Source of the DNA: Fimicolochytrium jonesii
Taxonomy: Eukaryota
Assembly: GCF_025526975.1 (NCBI RefSeq)
Contig: NW_026515671.1
Location: forward strand, 744,001 to 808,000
Direction: 5' to 3'
Length of the DNA stretch: 64,000 bases
The position numbers and the translations under genes are program-made. Shown here piece after piece: positions 50,396 through 63,792 of this stretch; within the stretch, counting starts at the first letter, position 1, and each line of letters opens with the position of its first letter. The notes below the pieces were generated by a model. It saw only the letters and a program-made list of their open reading frames with translations, was not told the origin of the DNA and did not search any database.

Positions 50396-51683
50396 ATGGC
50401 GCCAGCAATACCACCCAAAGATATTCGCCGGCTATCAGAGCTTTCAACGATAGCGAACCCAGCTTCATCGCGTCCAGTTTCGTCCCTTAGCCGGCAACAC
50501 ATCAGACCCGTACCGAGCACACCGACCGCGCCAGAAGGGGCTCATCTTTCTCCACAAAAGTATCGGCCCGAGAACAAGCTCTTGGAAGTGGTAGTCACGT
50601 CGAGCTCCGATGCGGACGAGACAACCACGGCTGAAGATCACCTTCTTGACAAACGAGGGAACCAGCGGCACCGTGCGGCGAGACCATTATCTGGAATTAG
50701 CGCTAGGAGCTTCAGGAGTTACATTTCGAACCTCAGCTATATCAACAGGAAGAACCTGGCACGTTTTGGGAAGAGCAAGCTCACGTTTCTGGTGGCCAAC
50801 ACTGTGGTGAGAATGGTCATACTTCAGTTGGTGTATTTTATGATTTGAGCTAACCTATTATTTTGACAGTTGACCTTCATTGGACTGGCCACCGTTCTCT
50901 TTGGCATCTTCACATTCCTCAACAACAACCCAACCGCAATGGTGATGCGAATGATCCGCGTCGATCTGCTATTCCTCCTGACTCTCACCAGCGGAGCATT
51001 GACCATTGTCGGATTGGTGGGGTTCCTTGGCGCATTCATGCACCGAAAGAACATACTCTCCATACATAGCGTGCTGCTCTGGCCGATTCTCGCCGGGCTG
51101 ATTGTGCTAGGTTACATGGCTTACAACCAACTCAACACGTCGGCGTGGGATGATTTCTTGACCAACAAGTGGGATACGCTTTATGATCAGCGGGGTTTTG
51201 TCCAGGACAAGGTGCGTGCTCTCTGTTTTTATGAAGTCCAAAGGCACGGGCAATCACTAATCCGCGGATATTTGTCTTTGAAACATTTCGCAGTTCAATT
51301 GTTGTGGCTTCTTTAGCGGGCTTGACCGACCTCTAGCAGTCGATCACTGCGTCCCTCCCTCACCGCCAGCAGTCAACCAAGTTGGAGCCCCCAGTACATC
51401 ACCTCAATCCAAACGACGTCGCCAAAGCCGCCCCGCGAAGCGGCAGGTTCGGCTGCACGAAGTGGGCCAAAACGTCCTGCAGGGTCAGGACACCAGCTCA
51501 TCCCCGCCTGGCCCCGCGAGTGGAACACCGGACTTTGCATCTGCGCCTGGTTGCTACATGTCGTGGAATGATCATGCTTCGTCGTTCCTGAGGACCACCT
51601 ACATTTGCGCATTTTGCGGAATACCGCTACTGTTGTTCGTCTTTATCGTGGGGCTGCTAGCATCCAACCACATCTATGACTGA
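50396..51683 (+). CDS. Fungal tetraspanin-like protein (long N-terminal tail), 3 exons
   Basis: Three N-terminal TM helices; large loop with VQDK|FNCCGF (CCG motif) and further Cys; fourth TM ending LLASNHIYD*. Confidence 0.82.
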
Positions 51684-51886
51684 ACTTTGGCGGCTCAAAC
51701 TATCCATCGCTCATGAATGAGCTTGGCCTCAAAAGTGTAAGTTAGCGTGTCGTACGGTTGCGGGGCGTACCCAATGCATATAAGTGCCCTTGTAGATTTC
51801 AATATTACATATGTACAGTAAACATAATGGATCGACCATCTTTCCGTCCAAAATTGCTCTTTGAGCCTCCACACCCGTTTCTCCGG

Positions 51887-53010
51887 TCAGTAGCCAGAAA
51901 TTTCATCGAGTATCTGCGAGGGTATGCTGGCCAGAAACTTCTCTCGCCATGCCATGTATTCTGCGTATTGCTTTGTACTGGTGACTTCCCGATCGTCAAT
52001 CTGCAGGGCAAATGTGTAAGCTGACAGACGGCTTGGAATGACTACTGAGTGAAGAAGCTCACCCGCAACTTCTGCCCCACGTATGTCTTCGTTTTCGACT
52101 CGAGGACGAGACCTCGTCGACGGGGTGTGCCGAGCTTAGACGGCGTTGGCGCAGAGGAAGCTTTCTCTGACAGTGTTTGCGGATTGCCGGTGCTCGACGC
52201 AGCTACGCCGCCCTCTTCAGGAGCAGTCGCATCATTCCCAGCCTTCTTCCTCTTACGACTCGGTGTTTGCGAATTCTTCTGCTTCTCATTCTCCGTTCTT
52301 AAAGCCTCTAATTCGGCTTTGCAGTGCTGTTCGACGGCCTTGATGTAGTTGGTGAACTCTTTGAGGTTATTTGCCATCTGTTCCGCTTCCCCTTTCCCAA
52401 ATTTCATGCCCTGCATGGAAAGGGATCAGGGGACGCATTCTTGTGAGGGACTAAACTGTTGGACGGAGATAACCCACCACCGCTTTACAGCACATATAAA
52501 ACAGTGCAACCGTAAGATCAGGGTGGTTCCAGTCCACATTTCGAAGATCCGCCGCAGAGAGCGTTGCTCCGTAATTCGTCTCGAAAGCTAGCCGCATGTC
52601 CTTCACAACCGGGACAATATGTGTAGCCCCGACCTTGATCGCCAGGCTTTCCAGCGATACTTGGGGTGGCGCAATGTTCAACGCTTTCCTCAGATTCGTC
52701 AGTGCGGTAGCGTACTGTTTTGGTGGAAGCTTGAGGTGCGCCTGAGCCGCTCGTGCGGGGAAAGACTGCTCATCTGCTCTGCGGACGAATGAGCACTGAT
52801 TATCTCACTTAGCTCGGTGACTCTGAATTCGACTGATATGGAAGAGACTCACGTTTGACAAGCTAATTCTAAACAAAGGTAGGGTAATGCTGCCTCTCCT
52901 TTCCCTAACTTGACTCTGCGACTCTGCGCTAGGCGTTGGAATTCATCGGCCTTGCGAAGAACCTCGAAAGGGAGCGTCAGAGCCAGGATATCAGCGGCTG
53001 CCTGCGCCAT
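51887..53010 (-). CDS. ORC6: Origin recognition complex subunit 6-like, 4 exons
   Basis: VLRKADEFQRL...LCLELAC, VSLESLAIKVG, and a spliced C-terminal YAEYMAWREKFL matching the Orc6 Y..W...I/L tail motif. Confidence 0.75.
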
Positions 53011-53403
53011 TGTGGCTCGGAGCTTGGTATGAAGTGGGACGAGGTTCGTGGGAGGATCTGCCGTCAAGGATTGTGGTAGGTGGTGGCACTGGTGGGAGGG
53101 TGCGGTTTGTTGCAAAGTTGCTACGTAGTGACACGCGTTCGTTCGGACAAGATCGGACAAACCGAGTTATGTTGTCCAAAAGTTTAGACCTCTATAGATA
53201 ACAGTTGTTCGTAGCGTTTAAGCACTCTTTGCCGCCCAGCCGTCCATCATATCGAACAACCGTGGATACGCTTTGTGCACCGTATGCGAAAGGACCCGCC
53301 TTCCTCTATATCACCTTGAGGCGAACTGCAAACAGCCAACTCTTATCCTGATGGTACCGAGGGCTCCCGCCTGGCGATAAAGACCCCCTTCAATTCCGTC
53401 ACA

Positions 53404-54388
53404 TCACTTTAAATCACCCACTATTACCCCGGTGAGAGTTTCGGTGCGAGATGCGCGAAACAGAACGATCAGAGTAAGTTGTATCGCGCTGAACACGGCT
53501 CCTGTGGCATTCGGCGCCCAAATGAACGCATTACCCACCGCTAATCCATACGCTGTCCACAAGGAACCATTCACGAAACTAACATGCAAATCGCGTGAGC
53601 TCCATGACCACACACCCATCGAGCCAACAGGACCCACGTACCACGTGATGGCCAAGGGAGCATTAATACTCCTCGCATTTCGTTCCTTGACAATCCGCCA
53701 CATCCCCGCCAACGGACTGCCATAGAACAACACCACGGTCGCAATACTAGTGCTCCCCAGAAGCTTGTCCGCAACATAGTATTTGTTATGAAGAGCGATG
53801 AACGCCACCATCGCCAACATGAACACAATGGCGTATCCGGCTGTTACGATGGCCATCATCCGGTTTTGTGTCGATGCCGGTGAGTAGAGCAATGTCAGCA
53901 TGGTGAAGAGGAGCGCGATCGGGATGCTTAGGATGTTAGGCGTTGCGACGAAATAGTCTTGGATCAGAAGACCTGGAGTCTTTCATTAGCATTGCAAAGT
54001 TTCAGATATTGGTGCGGATGATAGACGAGCGAGCCTTACCGTATCTGAAGGCAGCGAGTCCGCGTTAGAATTAACATCAACTAACGGCCGAAAACCGACA
54101 ATGGCAAATGACAAACATACTTACATGGCCCACGCCAATGCGTTCACCGCCAATATGCTGAAAGGAATCGGGTCCACGTCTTCCAAGCATTTCGCTTTCA
54201 CTACTCGTCGAACAGCTTTGTATGGGGATATGGCAATAGCCAGCGTTGTTAACACGCCGCTGTTGAGAGAACATGGGTCGGAATTTCAGAATTCCCGCGG
54301 CGTTGTTCCGTGGAAACATATCCGTTGCTCACATGGAGGGTATCGCATAGTCGAGCACGATATGACATGCGTCGCTACTGCAAGGCAT
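53404..54388 (-). CDS. SWEET (MtN3/saliva) sugar transporter, multi-exon with a 5-nt micro-exon
   Basis: ISPYKAV...DPIPF...NALAWAIYGLLIQDYFVATPN and FYGSPL...RNARSINAPL...NGSLWTAYGLAVGNAFIWAPNATG form two MtN3 repeats. Confidence 0.92.
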
Positions 54389-54772
54389 GGTTGAGACACT
54401 GCACAGCCCACTGTACTCTTGAATTGCGATACTTCGGCAAGTCCGCTCAAGTGCTGCTCCCAGAATTCAAAACTTTTCCCGCAACGATGAAGAAAACGGG
54501 TATGGTGAGAAATCGTCTGCGGCCGTTTATGGTGCTTCGGGCGGAATGTCCTCGTATAGATATCTATACACACAGACGGTGCGTTGACGAAACAGGCTGC
54601 TTTTTTTCCTGTTTGAGAAAACGCGTCCGTCAGCCCAAAAATGATCTGCAGGCTCTCTTGGCGATCCTCGGATCCCTGTCAATTCCGATGCTGTTTCCAG
54701 GCTCCAGCTCTCAGTTTCTGGCAAGGTTAGTTTCAAGGACAGAGTATTTGGACACTGAACAAGGTCTGCAGC

Positions 54773-55829
54773 ATGCCGGACTGAGCAAACTTCCTTCTAG
54801 CCGTGTCTCTCGGGACAGCGGTCCTGGTTCAGCTGACCGCGGGAACCATCTATATGTTTCGCTAAACGGACCGCAGGTACTGTATTCTGTACGTCTAACC
54901 GTTGAGGTTTGTGGGAGGGACTGCGTTCAGTACGAAACATTTTTGGGAGGCTTGCAACCCGTCTGCAATGGCTCTAGTTTGTCGGGACCGGTGCTGGGGT
55001 GGCTTCCTACTCCTCTTGCCTGCTTGGCGTCATACATGGGTCTCAAACAACCGCACCACGTCTCTGCAGAGTTTTGGTTGGTACAGTAGGAATGCGAAGC
55101 GCCCGGGGGCCGATCTTCCTCGCAGAGGGTATCGTCATTGCTACCGAATACACGCTAATCAGGTAAGACGTCCAAATGTAATAAATTTGCTTAACAAAAT
55201 CAATGAACTCTGTCTAGTGCGACGTATGAACCTGGAATCACTTCATACTGGTCGCTTCATTCTTTCCACTCATTGGTATTGGAAGGTATCTGAAACCCAT
55301 CACGTTGCTCATGATGAGAACGATGCCGAACATCAGGACTTCCCTCATCTGCTTACAGCGCGATGGGCTACCACGGCTCATCGCGACCAACGTGCGCAAC
55401 TGGCCAGCATCAAGGAAGGGGTTAGCGATCGGAGTTCCCGTCAGCGCCTTTGGGCTCACCGCCTCGTTCTTCGCCGTCATTGCTTCTGTGCTTTTCTACG
55501 CCAAAGACGGCCTCCAGATTTCCCTACTGATGCTTTTTCCAGCCTGTGCGATAGGAACTGCTGCACTCGCTGTGCTATCGCTCAAGGATCATACGGATGA
55601 TATCGCTAGGGCCGAGTCGGCACCGGTTCTCGACGAGCACGTAGAAGGTGAGCAGCAAACGGAGAGAGAATTCGACGGAGAGATTGTTCCTCCCTCGCGG
55701 CAAGCCGATGCGTACTTCCTCACATTTTGCACGTTGCTTGGCGTCGGCATCATGTACGCGGCCATGGTTGGCAGAATGGGGTACCGCCTTGAAATAGGGG
55801 CCTCATCACGGTTACACCTGCTTTCATAG
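54773..55829 (+). pseudogene. Decayed MCH1/nodulin-like MFS transporter
   Basis: MPD*ANFLLAVSLGTAVLVQLTAGTIYMF(frameshift)SLNGPQ; later NVRNWPASRKGLAIGVPVSAFGLTASFF. In-frame TGA at 54782, frameshift near 54860, and no recognisable C-terminal half. Confidence 0.65.
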
Positions 55830-56883
55830 GACAGATGCACATAGCAATGTCCCTCTCTGTAGAGGCCGGCGATGCTTCGCAGCAACATTTCTCGTCACCG
55901 GGGTAGCCGCGATGATTACCCTGGCAGCCAGGGGGCCTGATGTGGAGAAGGTCGTTGCCGCGGCAGGTCGATAGAACCGGCGCATTTGTTTCTTAGGCTT
56001 TTACCACTATTGCGGCAGTACGGTAGAACTGCGGATGCGTATGTATGTACTGTATGTAACGATGGGATATCCATTGGTCCCGCAAGCAAAATCCATGAGA
56101 ATATTCGTCCATTTTCACATCTTGCCCTCACTGGCATATGGAAGCACGCCGGACAGATAGAGCTGGAGTAGGACATGGACCTTCATAATCTAGCGTGATC
56201 CGCGGCGTCGAAGGGCTGGACGGTATGGTTTCATGTGAGTTTGGCGTGTGTTTCTTCTGTTTTCTTGCATGCAGCTTTTGGCTGAATGGGAACGGCGGAA
56301 ATGGTGGCGGCGAGAGGATTCCGTTCAACCGCGATCTCCGACCTGACTGCGCGTCTTCGCTCGCAGCAAATGACGGACGCCATCTGAGTGGTTGGAAAGT
56401 AAATCAACAATTAAAAGAGGGGCCGCTCTTTTATTCCGCGGTGTGCCTGACTTACCCCACATCGACACTTACCCATAGCAATATGTGCCCCTGTCCCCCG
56501 TGTCTGTCTGTGTGGCCTCTCGCACGAGGGAACGACTGACGGTATGACGCCGTCGGGAATCGGGATGCATACAGGAACTTCCCACCAGCAGGCTACGTTT
56601 TCGCACGCACAACATCCTTTTCTTCCCAGCCTCCGAGGACTCTTGAGAACCCGCAGGTTATCACTCCACTCACCACCAAAACGCCCAGGACCCCCTACAA
56701 AAGCCCTCTCCAGCAAACCCCAAGTTCTTGCTGCCATCCAGCGTTGCGGCCAGCCAGAAGCCAAGTACGAACCGCATCTTCGGACCGCGAGCCCTTCCCT
56801 TCCTGCAGTCTGGCAATATCGCCCCATAACAGCAGGCACCTCCGAACTCGAAGATCCCTGGTCTTTTTTGAAAACGGTCGACG

Positions 56884-58696
56884 ATGGTGGCGGCACTGAT
56901 GAAGGAGCTACAGAAGGTCGCTCCGCCCGACCTTCTCAAGGCCGCGTTCATGCTGATCGCGGCCTTTCCCATCGCCGGTGTTTTCCGGCTTCTCCCAGCG
57001 TCCGCAGTCACTGCGCGGCATCTGTTCTCCATCCTGATATCTGGAAGTCTATTTATCACTCTCTTCGATCTGTCTGGATATCTGCAACTCCTGGGTGCGT
57101 CGCTAGTGGTTTACTTCGCCACTCTTTACGGCCGAAGCAGTAAATGGACACCAGTCCTTATTCTCATTGGCACGATGCTCCAACTCAGTGTTAAGTAAGC
57201 TCGCAGCCAGGTTTTCTGTAATGCATTCGCTCTCGCAGTCCACTTACTAAGCGTAACCCCCTTCTAGCCACATTCTGGGCCAAATCATTCATCAGACAAA
57301 CGTCAGCTTCGACCATACGTCGCCGATGATGGTTCTAGTCATTAAGCTGACATCATTCGCATGGGCGGCTCACGACGGGACAAAGCCTGACGAAGAGCTT
57401 TCCGAAGATCAAAAAAAGTTCGTCATACGGCGAATGCCAGGCCTCATAGAATATCTCGGTTATGTCTTCTTCTTTGGCGGTTTCTTGGTCGGACCCGCCT
57501 TCGAGTTGGCTGACTACCGGAGATTTGCCGAAAATCAGGTGACTTCAATACTCTGCGGACTTCAGAGACTTATCAGGGCGCTGACTGAACATCCGTCTTG
57601 CGTTAGCCACCATTCGATAAAAGACCTAGCTCCCGCAATAATACAATCAAGTGCATAGCATCGGCTCTGGCATGTTTGGCTGTTTACCTGGTCCTGGGGA
57701 AAGATTTGTCGTATTACCATGCCATTACGCCAAAGTTTCACCAAAAGTCGTGGGTTTACAGGTTGGTTGATACGCAGGTCAACAAATGGATGTTTTGATG
57801 CGCAAGCTGATCACACCCGCTTCTCTACTAGGGCTCTATTCATTCAGGGGTGCGGATTCGTCGCCCGTACCAAATATTACGCAGCATGGAAAATGGCCGA
57901 AGCATGCTGCATTCTCGCTGGGCTGGGCTACAACGGAACAGATCCCAAAACCGGAAAGCCATTGTGGAACCGCGTACAGAACATCTCTATCCGCAGCCTC
58001 GAAACCGCCCTCAACCCGAAAGGCGCCATAGACAACTGGAACAGCAACACCGGGCTGTGGCTTCGACGATCCATCTACACCCGCGTGATATCGTCTGGGG
58101 TCAAATCTGCCTCGATCGCCGCGGTGATCACATACGCTACCAGCGCGTTCTGGCATGGTTTTAGGCCAGGGTTCTACCTCACATTCTTGACGGGAAGCTT
58201 CCTCAACATTGGCGCAAGGACTATGCGGCGTAATGTCCGGCCTCTGTTTTTGGGACAAAGCAAGCTGGCGCCTTACAAACCGGTGTACGATGTTCTCGGG
58301 TGGGCCGTCACGCTGTTTTCGGTGAACTACATGGCCGCCCCGTTCATCCTGCATTCCGTGGCCAACTCACTCGAGTTGTGGGGAACGTTGAACTACAGTG
58401 TCCACATTGCACTTATTTTAGTAGAAGTCGGCTTCAAGTTCTTTGGACTCTCCACAGTCCTTCGAAGATTCGGGCAGAGCATCGGCGCCTCATACCCCGA
58501 ACCTCGCTCGAAAGCCACAACGGAAGGAAAGGACAGCATAGCGGAGTCAACGGGAAAAGCAACGGCCGTAAAGACTTCTCCGTCGTCGTCGTCAAAACCG
58601 GTCAAACGCCGCGGCGTGGACGATATAGTAGATATGGATCTGTTGGCAGATATTGTAGATGGCACCACAGTCAACGCCCTCCCCTTAGACAGCTGA
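56884..58696 (+). CDS. ALE1: MBOAT lysophospholipid acyltransferase (ALE1/LPCAT-like), multi-exon
   Basis: MVLVIKLTSFAW..HDG, LGYVFFFGGFLVGP, RTKYYAAWK, WNSNTGLWLR and SAFWHGFRPGFYLTF (catalytic His). Confidence 0.93.
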
Positions 58697-58935
58697 GAGA
58701 AGTAGTACTTTTGGTGCTTTCGAGGGTCATTTTTGTATCTATTTGGAAATCCGGATGGCAACTGGCATGTTTGGCTAATGCGACCGCACTCTGTGATATG
58801 ATATATGACATGAGCCCATATTACGCCGATTGATCTACATCTCGCGGATTTCACCCCGCCTACACGGACGAAGGAGTCCAACATATGTGCGAGTAATTGG
58901 GTGGCAAACCCTCATGGGCAATGAACGTGAGCATC

Positions 58936-61900
58936 TCACCGTCGCGTTGTGCTACCTTTGCTCTTGTCTGAAATGTTAAGGGAAAATCTAAGTCGGCAGC
59001 GCCACATGCCCTTTGGGCAACGTTTGAACATACCTCCAAGCAATCGAGGCAACTTCGACTTTCTCGTCGCTCCCGTCGCAGCCGTTGCCTTCCCCTTCTC
59101 ACTCTTCCGCTCCGCTTCCACCTGCCCCTTCGCCACCCCTCCCGCAGATACGCCGTCCCCTCCATCGGATGGCATCTTGACAAGCTCGGTTTGGCTGCTC
59201 TGCCGTATGTACACGCCTGGATCTTTCGGTCTACGCTTGTTCCCTGGGCATCCGCCTGGAGAGAGAAGCAGATGTTGACGCCAGCCTGCGTCGCCGCTGG
59301 GGATGGGATTGTGGCATAGTGGACAGCGGGATGTGCCGGGTTCTGAGGGAGCTGGTGGAGATAGTGAGAAAAATTGAGTTTGAGCGGATGGGGCGAGACC
59401 CGAACAGATCCCTTTTGGAACAGTAATGCAGAGGCATCCAAGCTTCCTTACCTCGACATTGCTTCTTTGCGGAGTGGGCGGCGAAATCAGAGGCGTTAAA
59501 CACCTCCTTGCATTTCGGACACTGCTTGACAGTTGCCCGCTTATCACATTCTTCCAGCATATGCTGTTGTAACATTGGGATCTCCACAATCTTGTGCTCT
59601 CAAAGTCAGCCAATTGAACACTCGACTATTCTAAATGAAATCGCTCACTCACCGAATTGCAGTTGGGACATTTGTTGAGCATCGGGCATTGCGCCCAATA
59701 ATGCGTATCCAGGTTGTCTTCATCAGCCAAAGCGTCGCTTCGCTCGCCGCAAAAGACACATGTGGAATCAATGTTCCAATCCTCTCTTTCATTGGTCACA
59801 GACGGTTTCTTTCCTAGGGGGTGACGAAGGGATTGAGACAATGGAATTATGGAACAGTATGTGAATATCTACATGTGCACAACATTTAGATTACATTATC
59901 GGGTTGAACGGCCCCTACCTAGAGGAGCCTTCTTTGGCGGACCTTTCCTTGCTATATTCGGCCCCAGCATACTAGACTAAAGGGATTACAGCAAACGAGT
60001 TCAGTTTCACACACATAAGAATGCAGACCACACTGTGCGTTCCAAAACATGTACGGTTGCCTCACCTTGGTTGGGACTGGGGAGGACGGTTCAGACTCTA
60101 GGATTGGAGAAGGAGCGCCTTTCCCAAGTTTTGGCTTCCTTTGCACAGGTTCCCGCCGTTCTTCAACATCTACCAGACTCCGCAAAGTTTCGAGCTGCGA
60201 TTGCAACCGAGCCACTTCTTCAGCTTCCGCTGCAGATGGGACTGCTTCTTTTTTCGGTTGGGTCGTCGCCCAGGGTGTGTCACGGGACTTCTCTGTTTTT
60301 TTGGCCTTGGTCCCGTTCGCCTCAGCAAGAAGCTTTTGCAACGTGGCCATTTGTTGCGGTCGAAGCTTCGACAAGTAGGGCTTCGGTGCAGCTTCGCCAC
60401 AAATCTTCATCGCAGTCACCACGATGCGCCCTGCGGCGTCACGAACCTCGACGTTGCCATGATGCAGGTATTGCTCGGTGAAGCCCATCAGTGTGCGCAG
60501 AGTGATCGGGCCGCTGTCCGGGTCGGGCATCAAAGCGTTCTCTCCTGGCTGGATCGCCCTTTGTATGACCTCGAGACGGGCTTTGATGAGTTTCCAGTTC
60601 GCAGCGTCTTTCTTCTCGATGGGTTTGAAGATATGTGGATACATGCTATATGGCTGTTTGCGGAAGGTTTTGGCGAGCGTGACGACCATTTCTCCGGATG
60701 CCTATCCATTTGGACTGTTAAAGGAAGTCAACTCATGACCAGGATTCGGACTCACCTGTCTCACGCGGGCATTGATATCGCTGCATTTGACCAGGAGCAG
60801 CGGGATCAGGGCGTCAAAATGCTTGAAACTCACGGCCGCTGGCACATGATGATCCACGCAGAAGGCTACAGACGCACTCGAGATCAGTAAATGGAGTTCT
60901 TCACAGTGTTGTCCGTTGCGCCTGTACATCCGGTGCTGTACCTGCCAGTCTCTGCCACAAACTTATGGCGCCCATTACGGACTTTTCCCTCTTGTCGTCG
61001 ATGCAGTAACGAATAACTTCGTACGTGGCCTCCGCGAGCGTGTTGCCATCCACCGATGGATCTGGCACGGGTTGCCGAATCCGCTGGCCTACCTGCTCCA
61101 TAGCCCACTCTCGAAGTCCGAACTGCCTACCCAGAAGACATTGCATGATGACTGTTCCAAAAACTTCGATTGGCAGGCCGAAATCCGCCACTAGCCTTGC
61201 CGCTATGGGTTCCGGCGGTTCGAACCCAGGGGGAATATGCGGTCCACCGGGCGCAACTGCGTTTTTTGGGGCAGCTTCCGGTGGTGCCACCTCGGATTGC
61301 TTGGTCTCCCTTTTCGGCGGCACAAGCTTCTTGGCGACTTTTCGCACTGCAGGAGCTGCTGGCTGATGTTCTAGCGGTGGAAGCTCTGGCTGGAAGGGCT
61401 CCGGAGATAGCCCTCCTTGCATTGCTCTCGAAACGGCTGGTACTGGTGGGGAGCCCGATCGGATTGGGACGGTGGACTTGGTTTCCGGTTGGGGCATGGC
61501 CGACAGGGGTCGAATTGGTCGGTCATCCATGATCGGCGCTACCGTTGGAGGTGGCAAGGGAGTCTCTTCCCTGATCGGTGTAGGCTGAACGACGAGCGCC
61601 TTCACGGGATGTTCCCTCACTTCTGACCTGAACCCGGTGGGTTGTGGTGCATCGGGCTGCTTCAAATCATTTTGGTGCGCTGACAGAATCGCTGCGATAG
61701 ACATTTCCTTCGACAATTGGTTGCGAACATCACCCATTCTCGCGTTCGACTGATTCGGGGGGTGATCAAGTACCCGTTTGGGTGGCGAGGCTGTCTTGGA
61801 TAGGGGCGGAGACGGCGGTAACGATCCTCTCCCCGCCGGAGTCCCATGCTGGGAAGGTTCTCTGCCCTTCTCCGGAGAGGCCGTCGGAACTATTTCCTTC

Positions 61901-63336
61901 GTCACTATGTTCAAGCCGCATTTCGAAGCTTCATCGACCAAGGCGCGCTTGATGAGGTCAATATCCATCTACCGACCATTTTGATGAGCGTCGAGATATC
62001 GGTTGACAAAAGCGAGGAATATGAGGCCACACCTTCAGTCTGGCGGCGGTGTCATAGTCCTCCAAGTTCACTGCGTTCTCTTTAGCAGAGTTCAAGTGCG
62101 TCACTTCCTCAGCTGCCTGCGCAAAACAATGGTTAATCTCATTTCACAAATGCACATGCGGGAGAAAGTGGCTGTGTCCATACCATCCGACATTTCTCTA
62201 GAAGGGCTTTGAGTTGCTTGGCATCTGGGTATCTCTCCTCTAAACTGCGATGAGAACCTGAAAGCACCATCGTGTACTCCAAGATGCTGACCCTGCGATT
62301 ACCTCTGACAGCTGCTTGCTTGGCTTTCGCAACCCCGGCCATGATTTTGGTGACAGTTTCATCATTACAAGCTTCGAAGGAGAGTCCCTTCCCAGCAGGT
62401 ATCCGACGTTCCGTCACCGAGGAGTTGATGAGACCCCAGAGCGCAGCGTTTTCATTGCCGTGAGGGAGCCTCAAGCTCGCTTCAACTAGGGGATCTAACT
62501 ACACGACGTTCATAGGTCAGATCAAACTGCCTGCGTTCAGTTCAACGATTCCCTCATACCCCGAGTAGAATCCTCTGTTGCTCATTCAGTACATCTGATC
62601 CGTATTGGCTAACGATGGGTTCCCCAAAGGCACTGACGGCCAGCAATCCTATCTAGGCTTACGGGTTGTATGACCGTTAAGATTAAGCTACCATACGATG
62701 CATTGCATATCCTCATACCTGATTATAGAGGTTCAGGCTATTGACGTAGCATTTGTGCGCTATGATCTTCAGGTATTCTCCTTCGGCATCGAAGTGCACA
62801 GATTTTAGCTCCCGCGCCTTATATTGAACCTGTACTCCATCGCTCAAAGCGATATATCCCAAGCGATCGAAGTTGACGGTAAGTGATTTGTCGAATGATA
62901 TGTCGGTCGAAGAGCCTACAGTATGTGTCAAATGAAACCCAGTGAGACAGAGAGTTTCTTTCCCGGGATAACTCGTGGGGAAACTTACCCAAAGCGCGTC
63001 CTATTGAAGTGGAAGAGGTTCCTATGTGGAACTCTATGCGAGTTGGTATCATGTAGTGGTGCACGAGGAGTTCGAGTTTGCGAATACGACAAGGTCCTTC
63101 AACGAAGCGAATGACCAGCGCTTGTGGATACGAGCAAAACCTAACAAACCAAAAATGCGATATCTAGACATTGCTTCCGCACCGTGGGACTGCCGTGAAG
63201 CTTCGCACCTCTCAGTCTGCCATCCGCCAGAGGTCGGGTCTCGTTGCCGGGCAACAAGTTGTTGTGGGTGGTTCTCCTCGTGGAAGCTGGAGCAAGCGAC
63301 GATGGAGTACTCCAGCGCCGCCAATTCAGCAACCAT
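58936..63336 (-). CDS. CEP104: Centrosomal/ciliary tip protein CEP104, many exons
   Basis: N-terminal SGGWQTER, LLVHHYMIPTRIEF, FDRLGYIALSD..YKARELKSVH..CYVNSLNLYNQV; TOG-like region LLVKCSDINARVR; C-terminal Zn fingers CVFCGE..LDTHYWAQCPML and CPLCH. Confidence 0.92.
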
Positions 63337-63792
63337 ACCTACTTTGCACTAGTCCTGCGTTGGTCGTCTGAGCGGCTCGACCCTAAATGTCCCGTTTACG
63401 TTTCCTCTGTAAACTACGTGGAAAGACAGCGAGGAGTTCAATGACTCGCTGGGAGTTTGTGGGGCATCCTTGCAAGATGACAGCACAACATCATGACCTA
63501 CAGTACGGTAGAAAGCGCGGACATCTCGGACGCGCTTCAGACGCTCCGACGCTGGCTCCGACGGTCGAGCCACTCATAACCTTCATTCAGACCTTGCGTA
63601 CTATGCGTATGCGTACGACAGGCGTACGAGCAATATGAGCACCGGTCATAGGAGACAGTACGGTCATTTCATTAAGAGTCCTCCGCTTAAAATTAACTCT
63701 GGCCACGTCCTTCCAAGAATACAAAAATGCCAAAAATGCCCATGCGTATGTCGTCGTCCCAAAAAATGACCACCGGCGCTATGCATCTGTGA

